Shown here: positions 51,589 to 64,000 of the stretch, piece after piece
How positions within the stretch are numbered: position 1 is the stretch's first letter
Layout of the letters: each line of letters opens with the position of its first letter
DNA from: Macrostomum lignano
Lineage: Eukaryota
Direction: 5' to 3'
Length of the DNA stretch: 64,000 nt
NCBI GenBank assembly: GCA_002269645.1
Contig: NIVC01000390.1
Span: 1-64,000 of the forward strand
Program-made: the position numbers and the translations under genes
Notes under the pieces: generated by a model
What the model saw: only the letters and a program-made list of their open reading frames with translations
Told to the model about the DNA's origin: nothing
Database searches by the model: none

Positions 51589-54500
51589 GTCGACCTGTCA
51601 ATCATCGACGTCAAGCCTCCCGTAGAGCTCGAGCTTGTCCGAGAGCGGCGCCAGGCGGGTCGGTGGTCTCTGCGCCTGCGGTCTTGCTTGGACTTCGAGT
51701 CGGCTCGCTCGCACGCGATTCGAATCCGCGATGGATCGGGGCTTCGCCAGACGCTCGGCGGAGGCCAGCCTCACACTGCTGGTTGCCGATGTCGACGACA
51801 ATCCTCCAAGCTTCCGCGAGGCATGGCAGTCGCGCTGCACCAAGGTGGCAAGAGTGGCTGCTGAAGACGCGGATTTGACGCCTTTCAATCGAATCGTCTA
51901 CAGCATGCGGCCTGCAGATGCGGTCAGTGACAATCTGTTCAGCATTGAAGCCGAGACCGGTCTAGTTTTGACGACTGGCCGTCTGGACTTTGAGAAATCG
52001 TCACATCATCTGCTGATTGTCACCGCGAAGAGTCCAGGCACCGAGGCGCATTCTTCGGTCGCCCGCCTGCTAGTTCGAGTGCGCAGCGTGAACGAGTTCA
52101 GGCCGGTGCCCAGCTGTCCAGCCGCTGGTGAGCCGCTGCGCTTTCGTCTGAGTCCGCAGGACCCGCCTGGACGTCGGCTGGGTGGCGTGACCGCCACCGA
52201 TGAAGACGCCGGACGGCACGGAGTTGTCCAGTTCAGCATTCTCAGCGCCAAGCCGCCGGCAGCGGCCGCTCTGATCTCGGTGAACGCCAGCAGCGGCGAG
52301 CTGTTTCTCTCGCCCGACAGCAAGCAACCAACTGGTGAAGTTCGATCTCGGGCGCAACTCCTGCTAGAAGTGTCGAACCCCGGAATTTACAACGAATCCC
52401 TAACTGCTCGATGCCTTGTTCAGTTTGACATTGACGACGGCAACGACTCGCCGAAATTCAGCAGCCTAACTTACGCCGCCAGAGTATCCGAGGCAGCACC
52501 AGTTGGCACGCGTGTCATTGCAGTGTCTGCCTCGGATGACGACCTGGAAGAAGCGGACCGGTCCTTCCGCTTCGCTTTGGCCTCGCCGGCCAATGCCTCC
52601 ATAGCGACCCTGCCGTTCACAGTAGACCCGAGCAGCGGGCAGGTTACTGTTTTGGGACCGCTTGACCGCGAGACCACGCCAGTCTACAGGCTGACAGTCC
52701 TGGCTATTGACGGTGGCAGACCACCGCTGACCGCCTCCAGCATTTTGATTGTCCAGGTGACGGACGTAAACGATTCCGGACCGCGATTTGCTCCACCAGT
52801 GCCGTCGCTGTCGGTGCAGGAGGGCCTCGGACCCGGGGCGCTGGTCGGCCGGCTGGCGAGCTTTGCGGTAGATCCGGACGGCCTCGGGCACGGAGCGCCG
52901 TTCACTTTTGCGGAGCTGCGCGATAAACGATTTTTGGTCACTTCGGACGGCCGCGTGTTGACGCGGGCGACGCTCGACCGGGAGAGCCTGCAACGCGTCC
53001 GACTCACCGTTCGTGTCACCGACTCGGGCGGGCTCGCATCGAAGCTCACTTTTATCGTGACAGTCGACGATGTGAACGACAATCCCAGCTCCTCGCGGCC
53101 GCTGACCGTTCTGGCCTGGCTGCCAGCTACTTCGGCACCGGGGGCAGCAGCGCCTCCAGGCACGCCTTCGGTTGTTGGGCAGCTCGCGCGCGTCATTCCA
53201 GACGATCTGGACACTACCGGAGCTTACCAGTGCGCGGCTCGGAAGTCCCCACCAGGCCTAGTGATCACCGAATCGTGCGGTCTTTTCCTGGTGGGTCGAT
53301 CAGCGCTCGACAAACTCGAAGAAGCGTCTGGTGGCGGCTCCGGCAGCAGCGGCGGTGAAAAGAGTCTGGCGCTCAGCCTGCGCCAGCACGACGGCCGTCA
53401 CGCCGCAGTCGTGTCGGAGGTCACCGTCGGCATCCAGACGGTGGAGCCGGAAGCCCTGTCCGCTAGCATTGTTCTCGCATTTGGATTAGCGACGTCGGAT
53501 CTCGCCGAGGTTGAAGAGGACGACCGGCAGCGCCTAGTGTCGAAGTGGCCGCAGCTGTCGCGGCTGCTGCTGAAGACCTCATTAGCCAGTCGGGTTGTTT
53601 TGGTGTCGCTTCGCGACGACAACAGCCTCTTGGAGATGCGTTTGGCACTACGGGCTGCCAGCGGCTTTTTGGACCGATCAGCGGCGATGCGGGCTGTAGG
53701 TGCAGCTCGACAGTCGGTGGAATCCATCACCGGCTTGCGGTTGAAGGCTGTAGCAGAGCGTTTCTGCCTGGAGTACCCCTGTCCAGTCACCGAGCCCGCG
53801 CACTGCCGCTACGAAGCCGTCATTCGGCCAGAACTCGGCGTGCACTCCTGGTCATCCAAGTCTCTGACTTTGACCGCTCCGACAGTCGAGGACGTCGAGC
53901 GTTGCCGTTGTCCTCCTGGCTTTGCTGGGCCGGCCTGCAGTCTGGACACGCGCGGCTGCAGCGCCGACCGTTGCGCCAACGGAGGTCTGTGCCACCGAGA
54001 CCCGACCATGTTCGGCGGCTTCCGCTGCCTTTGCCCACCCCAGTACGCCGGCAGCCGCTGCCAGTTCGACGCCCAGGAGTGCCGCAGCAACCCGTGCGCT
54101 AACGGAGCCACCTGCGAGGAGCGGCACGGCGGCTTCCGTTGCGCCTGTCCGCCAGGCTGGGCAGGCCGGCTCTGCGACACGCCGGCCAACCTGTGCGAGT
54201 CCGGAGCCGGCGCCGCCGCCTGCCTCAACTCTGGCGTCTGCGTGCCACTGTTCAACGCATTCCGATGCCTCTGCCCGGTGGGATTCTACGGTTCCCGCTG
54301 CCAAACTGCCGCCTGGGGCTTTCCAGAGGGCGCCTACGCGGTCTACAGCCCGCGGCGAGCTTCAGAGTTCAGTCTGACGATGGAGGTCACCGGGGGTCTA
54401 ATTGGCGAGTCGCTGCTTCTACTGCAGACACTCTCAACTGGTAGCCAGTACAGCCTGACTTCGAGCCCAGCTGGTATCTCGCTTCGCCTCGTGGACCCAC

Positions 54501-56256
54501 TTCAGCAGCATCCGCAGTCGCAGTCTGCGCCGGTGTCTGCAGCATCCAGCTGGGTCCGCGTCAACCTGACCAGATCGGGCCGTGCAGTCTTCGCCCGTGT
54601 GGCGTCGTGCGACTCCGCAACTGGCGACTGTCCCGACCAAGAGGCCGACTGCCAGCTGCCCTCCTGTCGCCAGCTGTCGCTTCGTCTGGGACCGGAAGCT
54701 GCGAACGAAGGGGGAGCTGTTTACTTAGGCGGCATGCCGACGGCCAGCGGCGGGGATGGCGGCGGAGGCTCCGGACGTCCGTCGCTGCCTAATCTTCGTG
54801 GATTCGTCGGCTGCCTGCGTCGATTCGCGCCTGGCAGCAGCGGCTTTCCCGGTTCGGACGCCACTCCGCTGGTGCTCAGCGGCGTCACGCGGGACTCCTG
54901 CCCCCGACCGAGGACGCCGCCCTGCCGCCGCCCCGGCGTCTGCTCCGGCGTCGGCGTTTGTGTCGACGAGTGGACTGAGGCCCGCTGTGAGTGCCCCGCC
55001 GGGACGCACCCACCCGACTGCTCACGGAAGCCGCCGTCTGTCGGGCTGGGACCGGGTGGTCACGTGACCTTCACCCCCAGACCCCGACAGCTCGACCAGC
55101 GGAGACGCCGAAGGGAACTGGACGGACAGTCGAGCATTTCGCTGAAGTTCAAAGCGTCCAGCCTGCACGAGGACCAGCTTTTGATGTACAGCCGGACATC
55201 GAGGACTGCGTTCACTCTACTGCTGCTGTCGGCCGGCACCGGAGCTCCGAGGCTCATTAGCGTTAACGGGCCGAGCAAGGCGGACCTGGCGTACAAGACG
55301 CAGCTGACGCCCGGTCGTCCGTACTCTTTGTCAGTCAGCCGGCGACCGGACGGTCGGCTCAGCTTGAGCTTGGATGACAACAAGAGGTACTTTAGCGACA
55401 GCGACAGCGGCGGCAACAGCCACGACTTTCTGGGCGACGATGTAAAATCGTTAACCCTGGCGGCGGCCGACGTCAGCCTCGACAGTCGACGGCTCGCCAG
55501 CTTCGTTGGCTGCCTGGCTGAGCTCCACTTGAACGGCCTGCCGGCGCCGCTGGCTGCCGGCCTCACCGAGCGATTCCGCGTGACTGTTGGCGGCTCGGTG
55601 AGCAGCGGCTGCCGCCCAGACGCCTGCCTGTTCACGAACTGCCAGAGAGGCTTCGCCTGTACCGAAGCGCCGCTCAGCTGGGGCAGCACCGTCTGTGCCC
55701 GGGCCGACGGCTTGACCGAGGATCAACTGCGGCTGGCCATCGCTGTGCCCGGAGCTCTTGGTCTAGCGCTACTGCTGCTGCTGGCGCTCGCCTGCTGCCT
55801 TCTGCTGCGACGCCGCCGACGCCGACGCTACAAGAAGAAGACTGGCGGAGCCATGAGTGCAGGCGCCAAATCCGGCGCCGGCGCCATCTACTCAACGCCG
55901 CAGAGTCGCGACGCCGTCGGCGGTCTGAAATCCGGCAGCACAAAGAGCAACCAAGATAGCGGCTTCTGCGAGGAGGCGCTGATCAGGCGGCACATTCAAA
56001 ACGAACTCGCCGCCGTGCGTGCCGCTAAGCAGTTGCTAGGCAACAGCGCTGAGTCGCTAGAGGATCCGTACGAGCTCGGCCCGGCTGAGCATTACGACCT
56101 GGACAACGCCTCCTCCATCGCCGGTTTGGACGCCGAGGCGGTACGGCACTACCGGGCCTACCGGAAGCCGCAGTCGATGCCGCGGCTGGCCGAGCAGCCC
56201 AGCCCGTCGAGGCTGTACGAGAGATGCGGCAGCCTCAGCTCCGAGGAATACCACAG
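51589..56256 (+). CDS. FAT4: Fat cadherin exon 7 (last cadherin repeats, EGF repeats, 2 LamG, TM, proximal intracellular domain), with one frameshift near 51727-51730
   Basis: Acceptor TTCAG and donor AG|GTGAGC. LDFESARSHAIRI continues in another frame as AMDRG..VADVDDNPPSF. EGF Cys patterns, two LamG-like segments (GFVGCLR, FVGCLAEL), TM IAVPGALGLALLLLLALACCLLL followed by RRRRRR, and intracellular EHYDLDNASSIA (Fat4/ft conserved motif). Confidence 0.93.
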
Positions 56257-56712
56257 GTGAGCGCAGGGGTCTAACGGTGCCTTCTAGAGTGTGCACTCCT
56301 GTTTAAACATCCTGCGACCGCGATTCCCCCCGTGAGGGCCAACCTCCAAGACACAGAGAGTGTACATGCCGGACGATTAGGAAGTCAAAGGGCCCTGTGT
56401 GTACATCCTGTGTGAGCGTGTGCATGAGTGCGTGCCTGAATGCATGCGAAAAAATGCACTATGAGATGGAGAATTTTTTATATCTTTAGCGACAGCATTC
56501 TATTTATAGCAGATCTAATTGATCAACTACTTCTAATGAAAGCTATATAAGTAGTCTTTTCTAAGAAAGGCAGCTTTTTCCTTCTCAGATATTTTCGTAG
56601 AAACAAAATTTCCGACCTTCTACTGAAGTCGTCCTTGCTGGAAATGTCATTTAAAATTGAAAAAATTCAGCCTAAATAAGTTTTTTTGCATCCCACCGCC
56701 CGCATCCCACAG

Positions 56713-57169
56713 GCACAGGACTCTTGCCGGCGGTGCCACTGTCAGCAACTCGATGACCCAGCAGCAGCAGCCGCCGCCGCTGCCTGCCAACGCCCTCACG
56801 CTGGACGACATCCGCCGGGCCTATCGACGAAACGTCGGCGGCCACGTTGCTGGTGACTCAGCCGGCTCGGCCGCGTCCTGGTACGAGACTCCGCCACCAC
56901 CGCCGCCGCCGCAGCAGCCGCCGCCGCCGCCGTCAGACGACGAGCTGCCGCCGCCGCTGCCGCCGGGCCGCGGAGTCGTCGGCTTTGGCCTTGGCGAAGT
57001 GCCGCCGCCGCCGCCGCCGCCGCCGCCGAATCAGCCTCGGCCGGGCTCGAGCCGGCAGCTGGACAGCCTCATCGGCTGGAGTCCGGCCAGCGAGTTCCAC
57101 CGGCTGGCGCCCGTTTTCTCGGATCTTGGCCACCTGCCGCCCAGTAGGACTCAGGAGGACTTTGTCTGA
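56713..57169 (+). CDS. FAT4: Fat cadherin exon 8 (C-terminal tail)
   Basis: Acceptor CCACAG, phase 2. Polyproline tracts, then LIGWSP..VFSDLGHLP (like Fat LLNWGP..VFKDIAELP) and terminal EDFV (like EEYV), stop TGA. The summed exons give 14482 nt, about 4,830 aa, a typical Fat size. Confidence 0.9.
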
Positions 57170-58076
57170 GTAAGCTGGGCCAGATCCGATGGGTTGGAAT
57201 TTTCGCATGGTTTTATTTATTCGGCTTGAAATCATGCGGACGAATGCATTGGCGAGATAGGAGAAATTCTAGGTTTCTTCTACTTCAGTTGTCCATGCTT
57301 GAAATAGAATAGATGAGACAATATTCCACACTGTCTACTGGTAAGTAGTGCAAGGATGGAAGATTACTCGCGGATATTAAACCATGCAATATTTCCAAAC
57401 CCCGAGGTCCTGAGCCAACACCATGCTGACTTACAATTGCATTTCGCTACTCTTTGCTATTTTAATCAGACCATATATTTATGATGTTTAGATTGCATTG
57501 AATTCTGCTCTGTTCAAGCGTTCGTGACCGCTAACCCTCAACTGTACATCAACTTTAATATGTGAAACTGCTCTTTGTACAATGTGCATGTATACAGGCA
57601 ATGAAAACACAGTCCCGATACATTATTTTATAAACAGGCATTAGCTACTAATTGCTAAAACGCGTACCATACTACTGTACTACAATAGATTGCCCCCACG
57701 CGTTCATTCACTTTCTTTACCGCCTTTTTAATTGCTCCATTTTTCACAAATTGAACCTACAGTGAATTGCTTCGACAATGCGAGCTAAACAACTGCTCCA
57801 CGGATTCTTTCCCTTTCTATCAATAGTGTCGTGTTTTGCTTCTGGCACGCAGTGCTACCGTCTGCGCGGTCTGTCTGTGCCGCACATATAGCGAGAAAAA
57901 ATTGGCGTTAGTCAGTCATGTTGCCTGCCATTCTTCGTGTGTCAGAAACTTCTTGAACTAACAACTGCTTTAGTAGGTTGAAAAATATATATGCAACTGT
58001 AAAATGTCAATAAGCCTCTGTCTGCACATAGTCCCGCCGTTTTTGGGTACAAATCGACTTATGTCTACATTATTTT

Positions 58077-58110
58077 AGATAGATAGATAGATGGATAGAT
58101 AGATAGATAA

Positions 58111-58208
<98 letters not shown>

Positions 58209-58226
58209 CGATCGATAGATAGATAT

Positions 58227-58257
<31 letters not shown>

Positions 58258-58285
58258 CATAGATACATAGATACATAGATAGATA
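58077..58285. repeat. (GATA)n microsatellite
   Basis: Direct observation. Confidence 0.98.
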
Positions 58286-58615
58286 TAAATATATATAATA
58301 TATCTATATCTATAAGAACCAAGTGAAATGGTTCTTTCGATAAACATTACGAGTGCATCGCAGATCTTATTCAATCTTATAAGCCTAGCCCATAAGACAA
58401 GCAGAGCTCAGTGCCATAGAGATTCAGCTGGAACTTGTTACACCAGCGCAGATATTTGTAGTTAGCGATCTGGATTCGTGCCGGAACATCAGTGTGTCCC
58501 TCAAATTGCACGAAGAGATGGAGTGAAAGCTTTGGGGCTCGACGCACTTCCAACTTCACTTAGGTCAGAAATTCTCAAACCAGAGCTGCTGCATCAAGTA
58601 GGAGCCAGCTGCAGA

Positions 58616-61600
58616 ATGATGAAGCAAGTCAGCCGCCACTCGCCGTCGTCAAAGCCGGACACCCGGAACGAAGAGGCAGTACATGTAGAAGAACGCGTCA
58701 TCTACTTTTCATTTTTCGTGCCGCACTCGCTCAAGCAGCTATTTAGCAATCCAAAGTCAGACAGGCGTATCTTGAAGATCGAGACGGACTGTCACTGCCT
58801 GTTTCGCCTGTCGCCGATGAAGCTGTCTCCCAGCAGCCCAGCGTCTCGGCGGATGCTACTGGTTGAAGCATTCCTAGATCAACAGTTGGGCAACTTTGAC
58901 AGGTGCGAGAGCAAGCTCAGAGTGCTGTTGAGCAGAGCTGGCAGCGGATTCGAGCTGTACCGGTCTATCAACTTAAACACCTTGCCGAATGGTGGCTGCG
59001 ATTACCGCTGCTACTGTGCAACACCGGCGCCTCTCGTGGAGCAGTCGGACAATTCTCTGAGTGGGATTTCAACGGCGAGCTCCAGCGTCAGCCAGCTGCA
59101 GCTCAGCGGCACCGAGGGCGTCGCTAGACGGAGCCGGGAAAGCCTGGCAGCTTTCGTTTACCTGGAAGCCACCGCCGCTCTGCTGGAAGAAATCGCGGCG
59201 AGCAGCTGCGGCTCGACTGTTGAGGCCGCATTCTTTGCAGCTCTCGAAGAGGAACTGAGCTCGCAAATTTGGCACTGCTGCATTGACAGAACCGCTAGCG
59301 AATTGACTCAGTCCACAGCTCGGCAGCTGATTGATAAGGCCTGCCTAGTCAGCCAGGCAGCCTCTCGGCAGGTTGGCCTTCTGCTCGATTTGGCAGTCTT
59401 TGCTAAGCAGATCTGCAGCGAACTGCTCAATGACAATGCCACAGTTGTGTGGTCTGGCAGTGAGGTTCAGTCCAATTTCAGCGCCGTCAGCAGTATCTGC
59501 AAAGTCTCGCTGAGCGAAGACGTCAGCACGGAGGCAGGCGTGACGTCGGCAGCTGAGAGCAGCATGCTGAGCGTCTCCGAGCTGCTGTTCGATGAAGTCT
59601 CAAAGAGCAGCCGTCAGACACCGAAGCCCGCACCGCGGATACGAACTTCAAAAAAGCAGAGAATAAAAGTCCTCGGCTCGCTGCTGGACCCGCTACTGGA
59701 AAACTGCTGCGCATTCGCTGCGGTGGAAGTCTGTCTTGAGTCGCTAGTGGAGCTGGTCTCCCAGCGGCTGGTGCTGCTGATGCACAGATCGAGCCGGACG
59801 GAGAATCAGTTCGAGTGTCGGGTGTTGAAATCTCTGGCGCGTTTTAATTTTGCACTGCGAGAGGCCACCTCGGAGCCGGACCTGAGGGCATTGTGAACAG
59901 ATTCTTCAACTGCGTCGCCGACTGCTTGGCCAGCCCGGATGCGATCAGCGCTGGCCAGGTGACTGGCCTGGTGGCGGCCCTGCAGACGCCTCCAATGCAC
60001 ACCCACCTGAGCATCGCAAAAGACTCCGAAGGATGGCAGCTTCTGCGAAAAATGCGGGAGGCCTTCGAGCGAGCGGTCTGCGAACAGATGGAAAGCCTCC
60101 TGAGATGCGGCCGATCTCGGAGTAGCGAAAATGGCCAGGAGCAGAAGGACCTCAACGAAGCCTTTATAGCAGCCTGCTGCGACACATCAGCCGAACTTGA
60201 CAGCCTGCCATCTGAAGCTATAGAGCTGGAGGCGCATCAGCAGTCCCAAGAAACTCCAGTCATGCTGCTTCGTCGCAGTCAGCAGAATGTCGAACTGCTT
60301 TATAGCGATGAAGTGTCGGAGAGGCTGAGCGTCAAGTCCGAGCATGGCGAAGCCGATCTGATTCTGAGCCAACCCGTGGACAGAGCATGGAGCGCTGTGG
60401 CCTGCAGTCCAGCCACGGTCTACGACAGCGTCGCAGTGTGGCAGGCCGCAACGCCAGTCAGATGCGAGGCTGGTGCCGCTGACGGCTTGCCGGGTGAAGA
60501 CTCGCTCTCTGCGACTGTGCTCAGCATCGGTCACGCGAGTTTGACGTCAGTCGGTTTTGCCACAGTCAGCACGACTAGCGCTGTCACTTCCGAGTCGGGA
60601 CCGGGACTGCTGACATGCTGCACACTTTCAATAGGCTCGTTTGCCTGCGCACCCGTCATTCAGAACAATAAAGCAGCCGTGAGTTCGATTACTGAATGTT
60701 CACCGATATCGCTCGACAGTGTTGAGCTGCTGAGTCGAAGTGTTTGCCTTCATCGACCGCTACTGCCGCTGCGTGTTAGACAGCCGCTGTGGGTGGGTCG
60801 CCCGATCCGAGCCGCCGTCTCACCGCAGTTTTGCCGCCCCGACTGCTACGCTGCAAAGCTTTTGAAGTCGCCGGCTGCCTCACAGAGATCTGCTCGAGCG
60901 CTCGTAGCCACCTGTACTGTTCAGGCCCAAATCAGGCCGCTGCGCAACCGCTGCCACCCCTATTCGCAGCGGGCGATTCTTGGTTTGCCCGAGTCGGCAC
61001 CGAGCTTGAACTCGGATAGATACAGGCTGTCAACTGTGAGAATCGAACTCGCGCCTGTAGCGGCCACCTACCGGGCAAAAGTAGCGGATTTTGTTTCCAT
61101 AGCTGCTGAGCCATCAGGCGCTTTCGATTCTTCTATGCGCGCAATTTCGTCTGCTGCGTCGCAGCGACTGTGCGGCAGTGCGGAGCCTGCGGAGTCAAAC
61201 TGGCGATTGTGCGCGCCAGAGGGCGCCCTGGCCGTGGTGAGCGCAGTCCGCCAGGCACCAGCTTGGCACGGCGGCGGCGAACTTCCAGAATGCGGCTGGA
61301 CGCGGCCGTCCGCTCGTTTGCGCCCGGCGCTAGCGGCGTCCACGGCGGCCCCACTGGCCCGGGCGTCCACGGCGGTGTGCCTGTCCGAGTCTCTCAGCAC
61401 CGCTAGCGACTTCTTCTGCCAGGCGTCGGCCGCGGCATCAACAATCGGCGACACAACGTCGAGCAGCGCCGCCGAAGACCTGCTAGCGAATGCCGATTGC
61501 GGACTCGCCGTCTGCTGGTCCGGCCCGAGCTGGGCGACGGTGACTCGCATGCCGAGCAGCTCCCCCGCCGTGCTGGCGCCTTGCCCCGCGCTTCGATGCG

Positions 61601-61887
61601 GCGGCCAAGTCGTCGACGCCGACGAAGATGACGCCTCCTGCGACGAACCTGCCGCGCCAGCGACATTCACGACAATGGTGACAGCCTCCGCCGCGCTGAC
61701 TGTGGTCTCCAACGCTGGAATTGAATCGTTCGTTCTGGTGCCCGACAGTTCGCGCTGCGGTTCGACGAATCAGCGGCTGGAGCTGCCGCGGCTCCGCCTG
61801 CAGCGGCTCGGGCAAGCCGACGGGGTCCTGGGTTCGATGCTGAGCGGCGGGCTAGGCGCTTTGGATGGAGTTTTGACAATCGAATGA
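58616..61887 (+). CDS. Uncharacterised Ser/Ala-rich protein of about 1,090 aa with a degenerate KH-like N-terminal domain, split by a frameshift near 59885-59895
   Basis: Two abutting long ORFs (58478-59896 and 59893-61887) with coding-like GC and codon pattern. Adding one G to AGGGCA gives continuous DLRGIVNRFF. The start codon and 5' exon structure are uncertain. Confidence 0.65.
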
Positions 61888-62625
61888 ATTCATTGAAGTG
61901 AGCTGTGCAGTGCCGCGCTGTTCCATTTTTAAACTCTATATATAGCTATCAGTATATATTTTCCTACCTAGACTAGCCTAGTAAACCCTGTGTGTTCATT
62001 TTCTGTTTAGCCAGCTTATATTAAGTACAAGTGAGAACTAATTTTTGTAATTGTTCAACTCAGTTTCGACACCCGGTTTCCCGACAGGGACTTTAGGCTC
62101 AGCGGTTGAGTTTGAGGTTTCTGTTCTAAGAAATTCTGTTCTTAGTCGCTCTGTTCCATAAAATTTCTGCGCAGCAGCAGGTGTGTCTAAGCTTCCGTGC
62201 TCTCTGAGAAATACAAAGACCCCTATGTGATATTTTCCTAGAAATGCTAGTTTTATTTTCGTAACGACTTTAAATGAAAAGTCAAGGTAGAAATGTACTG
62301 ACGGTCTCCATTTATTATTCTGTCAATGAGTAAACTCCATGAGCTTGGATTTGCCTCCTATGATGTTGATTCATACCAACCAAAACCCTACATACCTGAG
62401 CCATACCATACCTACCTACCAGCATTGGTATTTGTCTACCTATTAACCCTACTGCTAACCTACTACGAACCTACTAACCCTACCTACTAAATGTGACAAT
62501 GTACCTATATGTATGATCCCTTTGCCCAAGCTACCTACATCCCATATACTAAAAAATGAGTTGTCTGTAGGTATGCGATAGATTCAAGAAAAAACAGTTC
62601 AATAAACTTGTACCTACCTCACTAA

Positions 62626-62920
62626 CTACCTACCTACCTACCTACCTACCTACCTACCTACCTACCTACCTACCTACCTACCTACCTACCTACCTACCTA
62701 CCTACCTACCTACCTACCTACCTACCTACCTACCTACCTACCTACCTACCTACCTACCTACCTACCTACCTACCTACCTACCTACCTACCTACCTACCTA
62801 CCTACCTACCTACCTACCTACCTATCTACCTGAATAAATAAATACAGCAATACCTCCATACATACATACATACATACCTACATACATACATACATAACAT
62901 ACACACATAGCATGCATACA
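62626..62920. repeat. (CCTA)n microsatellite followed by a degenerate (CATA)n
   Basis: Direct observation. Confidence 0.97.
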
Positions 62921-63178
62921 TACCTCGCAATAGACTTTATTCAAAATCCTTCCTATGCACCATTGTTAATTAAATCGCAAGCAAGCAGGTGCAAATAAAT
63001 ATTCTAAAAAAGGTAATATAATTAATCTACACAAGCCAGATCCGCATTCTGTGAGACACCGCAGACAATGGAATGCTCTTTGAATGGCTGTATCCCCTTG
63101 GGGGTGGGGGTGCAGACAACCAACTCCCCAGCTATACGGGAAAAGCCAAAAACACCGGACGGAAGGCCCAGTGCGGCC

Positions 63179-63181
<3 letters not shown>

Positions 63182-63226
<45 letters not shown>
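63182..63226. repeat. (GA)n microsatellite
   Basis: Direct observation. Confidence 0.97.
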
Positions 63227-63229
<3 letters not shown>

Positions 63230-63560
63230 GGGGTCGGTCGTTAAGCTGTAAGAATTAACTCAAATCCCATGCATAATGCAAAGCTTGTGCTCAGATGTGG
63301 TGCCAACCCGCTTTAAAGTCTCGGCCGACGTGCCGTCCCAGCCTCACGCAGCGTCTCTGACTCCAGCCATGCAGCCGCAGCGCCCGGCCAACTCAAAGTG
63401 AGTCAATTTCTTTATACTGTGCACTGCTACCTCTTATCTACCCAACTTTCAAAAAGTACGATTCGAATTTGCGTGAAAGGATGAGAGCGCTTTCTGAGCA
63501 CTTTCTAAGCCAACTGATCTTAATTTCTAGCCAACCTCTTGGACAGAGCATCCTTTACCA

Positions 63561-64000
63561 AGAGACAGTGGCGCCCATTAAGAGACAGTGGCGCCCGCTA
63601 AGAGACAGTGGCGCCCATTAAGAGACAGTGGCGCCCATTAAGAGACAGTGGCGCCCATTAAGAGACAGTGGCGCCCATTAAGAGACAGTGGCGCCCGCTA
63701 AGAGACAGTGGTGCCCGCTAAGAGACAGTGGCGCCCGCTAAGAGACAGTGGCGCCCATTAAGAGACAGTGGCGCCCATTAAGAGACAGTGGCGCCCATTA
63801 AGAGACAGTGGCGCCCATTAAGAGACAGTGGCGCCCATTAAGAGACAGTGGCGCCCGCTAAGAGACAGTGGCGCCCGCTAAGAGACAGTGGAGCCCATTA
63901 AGAGACAGTGGTGCCCGCTAAGAGACAGTAGCGCCCGCTAAGAGACAGTGGCGCCCACTAAGAGACAGTGGCGCCCGCTAAGAGACAGTGGCGCCCGCTA
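63561..64000. repeat. 20-bp minisatellite, 22 units to the window end (AGAGACAGTGGCGCCC-ATTA/GCTA), two interspersed variants
   Basis: Direct tandem repetition. Confidence 0.98.

Noticed and set aside
63561-64000. CAGTGGCGCCCG in the repeat unit resembles an LTR-end/tRNA-Lys primer-binding junction
   Set aside because: Only 8-9 nt match, and there is no LTR or the rest of the PBS, so chance is likely.

Overview
Eukaryotic (animal) genomic DNA with GC-rich exons, U2-type GT-AG introns and many mini/microsatellites. The overall style suggests a free-living flatworm such as Macrostomum, but this is inference only. Four genes lie in tandem on the minus strand: a single-exon secreted Cys-rich protein with IL-17-like cysteine spacing (14449-14880), the terminal exon of a CREB/ATF1-type bZIP gene (9380-9889), RPS16 with an intronless CDS (4953-5396), and the 5' exons of a WDR62/MAPKBP1-type WD40 gene running off the left end. 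The plus strand carries a complete 8-exon Fat4/ft-type giant cadherin (17621-57169, about 4,830 aa) and a long orphan ORF with a degenerate KH-like N-terminus (about 58.5-61.9 kb). Mobile elements include a 1,065-bp non-autonomous TIR element with an 8-bp TSD (Merlin-like), a 220-bp TG..CA solo-LTR-like insertion with a 4-bp TSD inside a minisatellite, and tRNA-derived SINEs. Several small frameshifts in otherwise intact genes most likely reflect long-read assembly indels. No CRISPR, rRNA or true tRNA gene was found. All calls were made by eye, with no database searches.
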